DNA from: Octopus vulgaris
Taxonomy: Eukaryota
NCBI GenBank assembly: GCA_951406725.2
Contig: OX597829.1
Coordinates: forward strand, 13,888,001-13,952,000
DNA: 64,000 nucleotides
Direction: 5' to 3'
Positions within the stretch are counted from its first letter, which is position 1; each line of letters starts with the position of its first letter. The translations under genes were made by a program, and so were the position numbers. Below are positions 56,263-64,000 of the stretch, piece after piece. The notes below the pieces were generated by a model. That model was not told the DNA's origin and did not search any database. It saw nothing but the letters and a program-made list of their open reading frames with translations.

Positions 56263-57608
56263 TGTTTTAAAACATATACTGTCCATAAGAAATGTTATCT
56301 CTTTACGTCTACTGCACTTCATTACCCTTTGAACGATCTTTTTACATTATGTATGATACATGGGTGGCTATTTATTGATTTATTTGATTTTAAAGTTCTC
56401 AAGTTAGAGCTTAGCTTAAAGTATGTAAACTCTGATACATCTCCATATAGTATGTATATAAGGAAGGTTATCATATACAAATCAAGGCTTCTATCAATCT
56501 ATCTCTTGGGCAAATGAACATAGCGGGTTGAATAATTATTACTAATTAGTCAACTAAATAAGCATCTAATCAAGCTGCCAACCAACTAATCAACCATCGA
56601 ACAACCAAGCAGCCAACTAGTCAACCATCTAACCACCTAAACAATCAACAAATAGCCTAAAGCGAACTAATCCATCAAAGAATGAGCTAACCATTCAACA
56701 AGCCAACCAGCCATTAAAAGAACGAACAAGTCAGCTCCTTCAGTCAACCAATGTTGCAACCAACCGGCCAACCAGCCAACCAGTCATATTGCAAAACTGA
56801 ACCAACTGACATATCAGTCACTGAAAAGAAACATAAAAATCAAACAATAAATAATTAAATAAAACCAAACCAAACAAGACACACAAAAATACAAAAAAAA
56901 AAAAAATAAATAAAGTAAAATAAAAGAATTTCCACCCTCCACGTCCATCTTCCAAACAACAAACAACTACAGTAAGAACAAATGCTAATATTTATACTTT
57001 AGTACGATGATGGTTTTTCAGGGTCAACTCTGACATACGTCCAGTCGTCTCAGTCTCTTCGTCTGTCTGTATGTCTGTCTGTGTGTATTTTTGTTGGTTT
57101 CATTTAGTCAGAGACTAAATAAAACATCAGTATCGCCAGGACTGACCAGGACACATTGTTTTCTCACATTCTGTCTTCTACATTCAGCAAACATCGGAGG
57201 TAGGGTGCGATTGCGACGTCATCGGTGGTGGAGGAGTTGGTGCAAGGTCTTGAGAAAAATGACAAGAAGGGGAGGCGATTTAAGAAGGATCAACATTAGC
57301 AAGGGAGCTGATAACAACACCAGTTGGTTTTGGTACATGACCGTGAGGAATCTAGGAAAGACGACAGGAATTTTGCATGTTGGTACACAGCAAAATAGGT
57401 CACTTTGATACGTGTATGCGTGCATACGCACGAAAAAAGAGGGTAAAAAGAAGAGAATATTTTTGCGTCTATATATGTGTAGGTGTGAATATTTTTACGT
57501 GCTTTCATTCTAAATATTCTTGCTTACGATTTCGTAGGACCTCTTTCTTTGTTAATTGACTAGTACGTCCATTATTTTATTATTAATATTGTCATTTCTG
57601 TTGTCATT

Positions 57609-57846
<238 letters not shown>

Positions 57847-57847
57847 T

Positions 57848-59865
57848 GGTTTGCAAGATTCTTTATGTGAGTTCGTGTGTTGAAGCATATTCTGATGTGT
57901 CTGGGGAGAGTCATTCTCTTTTAGTACCTTATTATTTAACACACTCACCGGTAAAATTTCCACTTATTTCTTATTTTTATTTTCTAAAATTTTCGTTGCG
58001 TCTTGCAACCTTTTCAATAGTCTTGACTCTGTCCGTTATTTACACTGCGTTCCCATTTGTTTGTTTGTGCGCATGTGTGTGGGTCAGTGTGTCAGTATGT
58101 GTGTGTGCCTATACATGCATGTACGTATATATGTGTGTGTATGTTTGCATGTGTATGTATGTATATATGTGTGTGTATGCATATGTATGTATGTGTGTGC
58201 ATCTGTATGTACGTACCCTGCATATTTATATGCTTGTATGTCCGTGTTTGTGTATTTTCTATGTATGTGTGTGAGCAAATGTTTGTATATGTATGCACCT
58301 CTGTCTCCTTGTGTGTGCATGTCTGTGTGTGTTATGTAACTATGTACCATGTTTGTATGTATGGATGTGTATCTTTATATGTGTGGATCCGTGTCTCCAT
58401 ATGTGTCTGTTCATATAGTCTATATACCTATCCGTCTGTATATTGATCTGTTTATTTACATATCTAAATGCTTACATACAGAAATAAACGTAGATGACAT
58501 TAATATAATAGTTAGAACCAACTCTAGTGACGGTAATGTAGAGATTGAGAAGAACGTAATGGAGAGCATCCAGCAAATAGCTAACTCCATTCACCAAAGT
58601 ATCAAGGTAACTATAGATTACCCCACTAAGAACCCTAACAATAGACTACCTGTACTTGATAACGAACTTTGGTTAGAGACTGTGAACAATAGAGTGCAGC
58701 TCCTCCACTCTTATTATATGAAACCCATAACTTCAAAATATGTTGTTCACAAGAACTCAGCTTTGTCACACGACATGAAAATTAACATACTGATAGTAGA
58801 CTTAGTTAGAATAATGAACAATGTGTCCCCACTATGCGAACCCTATGAAATGAAGAAACATATACAGAACTTCATGCACCGCATGCAGTTCTCTGGATAT
58901 GATCAGAAAGATAGGGTTCGAGTATACAGCGGGGCTAGAAAGAAATTAGACAACATTATACGTAATGATACCAGTGGTGCCTGCCCTAGATAGAGAAACA
59001 AAGAATGGAATAGAATACAAAGAACTTGTGACAAATCAAACAGGGCGAACACGTGGTAGAAAACCGACAAATATCAAGGAGTGATGTTTGTAGAGACCAC
59101 AGCCCATGAAGAACTAGCCCACAGATTTAGAAAAGCTCTGAAGGAGACCTAACTCAACATTAAAATTGTTGAAAAGCCAGGGAACTCCGTCAGATCACAA
59201 CTATGTAGGACACACCCGTTTAAGAATACCATATACACCAATGATAACTGCATGGTATGTAGAATTAGCCCTGGTATTAAGTGTAGAACTCAAAATGTAG
59301 TTTACAGCATAAGATGCATAGAATGTGCTTGTAAGGACATGAACATGATGTACATAGGGGAGACGTGTAGGAGCATTGCGGAACGGATAAATGAACATCT
59401 AAGACAATATGACGACAGAAAACAGTCCTCCATACTCTACCAACATGCCAAAGACCACCATGGAGGTAACTTGGGTCAACTTGACATCCGCATCTTATCC
59501 AAGCACCCAAAAGACCCAACACTCAGACAAATACGGGAGTACGTCCTTATAAATAAAACATCCCCAATATTAAATAGGAAATATACACAGTAAATACCAT
59601 ACCTCCATACCCACAGTTTACACAGGTAGAGTAGAATAGTTAGTGGACTGTCAGGTAGATAAATGTAAGTATGTATGTATGTATGTGGGTGTGAGTGTGT
59701 GTATGCCGTTTTTTTTAGTTATTTTTATATATTTTTAAAATATTTTTTATTTTTATTTTAATTTTTTTAATTTCTGTATGTAAGCATTTAGATATGTAAA
59801 TAAACAGATCAATATAAAGACGGATAGGTATATAGAATGTATAGGTATATAGACTGTATAGAAAA
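57848..59865 (+). mobile_element. Penelope-like element (related to 45980-48390), truncated at the RT active site, with inverted pLTR
   Basis: VDDINI, LPVLD, HSYYMKP, RMQFSGY, NVVYSIRC..C..YIGETCRSIAERINEH, LNRK (58486-59593); 58419-58485 is the reverse complement of 59770-59836. Confidence 0.9.
57984..58020 (-). ncRNA. Minimal hammerhead with U3-A8 covariant core
   Basis: CTA-TTGAAAA-G-GTTGC aagac GCAAC-GAA-AATT-T-TAG. Confidence 0.6.
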
Positions 59866-60007
59866 TACTCATTGACTAATGGATGTAAGTGTTCTCACTG
59901 ATAAAAATTTATCTGCAAAAGAATTTGACAAAATGATTGGCCTGAGCCCAACGAGGTTTCTGTAACGAATCTTACTAATTGTGTTGTGTGTCTCTTTCAC
60001 ACACACA

Positions 60008-60145
<138 letters not shown>

Positions 60146-60316
60146 ATGTATGTATGTATGTATGTATATACGAGAAACGTTTTGAATATGTATATAAAGC
60201 TCCTATTCCCTTATGCCAGGCACAGTCTAATGATGCTGACTGATGAACCAGTTATTTTAGGGTTGCATCGAGCTGTACTGATAAATTCTATCCAATGATT
60301 ATTGTTTATATTACGC

Positions 60317-60348
<32 letters not shown>

Positions 60349-60820
60349 GACAGTTTATAGGTATACTATGTGGGCATCATCCAACGTAGTACTCACTACA
60401 CATATATTGCATACAATAAATATTCAATTAATATACATTTAATTATATACACAATGACGCTACAGCTGTTCCGAACAGAGTAGAAACAAATGTAATGCAA
60501 TTGTGTCTCTGATTCTCAATATATATCCATCTTAAATTTGTTCTGCATAAAAATGCAAGTTCGCTTCCGTATTCCCTTTATTTAATTTTGCTTATAATTT
60601 TGAGCTTGCTTCTCTCTACGACATCTTATATCGAAACTGATGAAAAGTAACTTTCTCATGGTCAACTTACTTATACATAACATACATATACAGATTTCTT
60701 TGTCAATAAGTTTTCATATTTCAAACAAAATTAGACGTGTATTTTTGTAGCGCGAGTCTGAGATTTATGTACATGTATAGCCTTATTTCATGGACATATA
60801 CGTGTGCCTTTGTGTGTGCC

Positions 60821-60862
<42 letters not shown>

Positions 60863-61237
60863 TATGTCTGTGTGTGTGTCTATGCCTGTGTGTGCTTCTG
60901 TGCGTGTGGAGTGTGTGTGTGTGTATGTGTGTGTATGTATATGTATGCCGATAATGCGAAACAAGACGGGAGAGTTTCTTCCTCTGTTAGTCATATATAT
61001 CATCAAGTTCGTGATGATTGCATAACGCATGAAAGTACTAGTTTTATCACAATAAATATATAATATTGTATTATAATAATATTGTAAACTTGTAGAAATT
61101 GTAAATAATAAAATATGAAAATCAGACTAGGATGGAATGTCATTGATTAATACATATATGCATATATACATATATATATGTAAACACATATATATACAGA
61201 GACAGACATTTATATATATGTGTATATATATATATAC

Positions 61238-61272
<35 letters not shown>

Positions 61273-61418
61273 CATATATTTACAGACAGACAGACATGTA
61301 TAGGTTTCATATTCTCTACTATACAATTATATATTCTAATTGCAGCACTCTCTTTGAATTAGGTTTATTCATTATGTATGTATGTATGTATGTATGTATG
61401 TGTGTATATATATACATG

Positions 61419-61470
<52 letters not shown>

Positions 61471-61501
61471 TATGTATGTGTGTGTATATATATATATGTA
61501 A

Positions 61502-61559
<58 letters not shown>

Positions 61560-61561
<2 letters not shown>

Positions 61562-61623
61562 TTTGATACTTTGATAGGTTTCGGCCATTATTGGCCCAGG
61601 CCATGTCTAACTTAATAGCACCA

Positions 61624-61626
<3 letters not shown>
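61560..61626 (-). mobile_element. 3' tail of the CR1-group LINE seen at 32245-32862
   Basis: ccaggccatgtctaacttaatagcaccacc identical to 32269-32298. Confidence 0.7.
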
Positions 61627-61665
<39 letters not shown>

Positions 61666-61667
61666 CT

Positions 61668-62478
61668 AATGTAGGATTACATTTTTTTTCCAAAAAAAAT
61701 TTTATCAATGGCCAACATATTAAAAAATACCTTTAAAGGTTAAATTATAAACAATTTATAAATAAGGGCGAACGAAAAAATTCTAATGCCATATATACCG
61801 AAAATTGGACATATTGTCCATTTACCATATTATTTTTTTCCCAGTACGCACGCTACTCGAAAATGGTCGACAGAAATTTCTAAAAAAAGTCCATTATTAC
61901 CATATCGGACCGATTTCAGAGTTAGTTCAAAATATGTCCAATTTTCGGCATATTTGGCATTAGAATTTTTTCGTTTGCCCTTATTTATAAGTTGTTTATA
62001 ATTTAACCTTTAAAGGTATTTTTTAATATGCTGGCCATTGATAAAAATTTTTTTCGAAAAAATTTTATCCTATATTAAATATAAATTTAAGTGTTCACTT
62101 CCGGACTCTCCCACTCTGTGAGGGCCTCAGTTCAAATCGCACGTGTCTTGAATGGGCTGGAGTATTTCTATTTTGGATTTATTTGGGGTACTTAATTGTG
62201 CTCATGACTTAGTATTTTGCTTCTTCCATGGGTATGAGTAAGTATCTCATTTACTTCTTTGCCACATGTATCACTGACGAAGGGAGGGTTCTTTTTGAAG
62301 TAACCCTGAAATTTGTCCGATATGGTAATAATGGAATTTTTTTAGAGATTTCTGTCGACCTTTTTTCGAGTAGCGTGCGTATTGTGAAAAATTATATGGT
62401 AAATGGACAATATGTCCAATTTTCGGCATATTTGGCATTAGAATTTTTTCGTTTGCCCTTATTTATAAGTTGTTTATA
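61668..62478. repeat. Second locus of the ~478-nt HHR tandem repeat, head-to-head arrangement
   Basis: 61668-61928 has the same orientation as the 31378 copy; 61931-62478 is inverted and circularly permuted (aatatgtccaatt at 61931 and 62409). Confidence 0.88.
62269..62322 (+). ncRNA. Minimal type I hammerhead ribozyme
   Basis: TATCA-CTGACGA-AGGG...CCCT-GAA-ATTTGT-C-CGATA. Confidence 0.72.
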
Positions 62479-62487
62479 CATACATAC

Positions 62488-62521
<34 letters not shown>

Positions 62522-64000
62522 TCGCAGACGTTCGTCATAGGCTCAGTTAAATTTTCATTAGCTTCGTTAGAACTGAATGAGGCGATAACATGAATAAAGT
62601 TATGGCTTATAATAAACGTGTGTGTTTGTGTGTGTGTAAGTGTGTGAGTGTGTATGTATGCCTGTGCATAACTGTATGTATGCATGTATATATCGAAGGA
62701 GGTAAGAGAGAGAGGGTAACTGGGAAATAGGTAGCTAAACGTAGATAAGCACACGATTATATATACACGCTCCCATACACACACACACAAATATTAAAAT
62801 CATGTTGCAAATGTATATATACAATTTGTATACATATATAATTACAGAAATATGTAAACACATATATGCGTGTGTGTGTGTGCATATATATATATATGTA
62901 TATATATACATATATATATATGTATGTATGTATGCATGTATATATGTATATGCATAAACATATATACTTATATAGATAAGCAGACAAATCGACGGATAGG
63001 TGTATAAAAGAAATTTAGCATTAAACTATAGGATTAGTCAACATTTTTTAATGGAGTACATCACTCTGTTCAAGAGTGAGCAAACCGATACATCAAACTA
63101 ACTCTCACCTGTTTCCTTAATAACTAAACACATACACATAGATATACATATGTACATATTTATATCTATGTGTGTAAATGCATAGATACACACGCGTGTT
63201 TGTGCGCGCGAAAGCGTGTGTATATGTGTGGCGTGCATAAGTATATTTATTCTTTAAAAAATTCTTCTGGTAATATTACAGTCTATTTCTCTTTCAAATA
63301 TATTTCGGTTCTTTTGTTTTCTTTGCTTTTTTAAAGATATTTTCATGCATTTTACTCGTCCAATATTACAATAGTATTGCTACTGCAATATTAACCCTTG
63401 TTTACTTGATATTTAGATATAGATCTTGTTGTTGGTGTTGTTGATGTTATTTTCTCCCGACCCTTGGTCTATTTTAATGGCATATACCCATGATCAAAGG
63501 CCCTATAGCGCTACAGCTGTCACTGAAAAATTCTATTTTGTTCTTCAGACATCGTGTATTTATGATTACATTTTCTATTTCATATTTCTACATAGCAGAT
63601 ACTTTGCTACCGATAGGTGTTAATTAGTCCTGCTTATTTTGTTTCTTAAGGCAACGTAACGGTTTGAATGTGATTTAATGGCTATCTGGCTAACCATGTA
63701 GTTGCTGGTATAGCCGAGTAAGAGGCCTTTACGTTATCTCACATGTAAGTTACAGTAACTGATAGAAGCTGCTTTCGTTCTTTATATGTATACTGAAACA
63801 AATTGTCTTTTTTGCGGGTGGAAATATTTTGGTCCAATTACAAAATTGTTTTAATTTCCTTCTGTAAAAATTTGCCAAAACCTTTTCGTAAAAATATACC
63901 GTGGAGAAAATATGAGGTGTGTAGAATGATTATTACTGTTACAAATATAGAATTCAACCATTTCAAATTTAGGATACGCCAGGTATCGGAGAAACATTCC

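Noticed and set aside
60220-60280. CAGT-CTAATGA...GAGCTGT-ACTG possible dead hammerhead; also CTGATGA at 60638
   Set aside because: Several core mismatches; unsupported without a family consensus.

Overview
AT-rich, microsatellite-saturated eukaryotic non-coding DNA. The repeat families and composition look like a cephalopod (Octopus-type) genome; this is an inference from recognition, not from a search. No host protein-coding gene can be called with confidence, and nearly all listed ORFs are (TA)n/(TG)n/(TATG)n/(AAT)n artefacts. The real coding content is mobile-element derived: a near-intact full-length RTE LINE (6678-10636), a Tx1/L1-like LINE, an R4/Dong-like RLE element in an (AAT)n tract, CR1-group fragments, four Penelope-like (PLE) pieces, Tc1/mariner relics, MITEs and many tRNA-derived SINEs. 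The most striking hidden signal is about a dozen type I hammerhead ribozyme (HHR) motifs, many of them minimal, with palindromic stem III and non-canonical cores. They occur in PLE pseudo-LTRs, in a non-coding ~477-nt circularly permuted tandem repeat (retrozyme-like; two loci), and in a composite tRNA-head/(AAT)n/HHR SINE-like element. Fold-back junctions repeatedly fall inside the ribozyme. All folds were paired by eye and need computational and biochemical confirmation.
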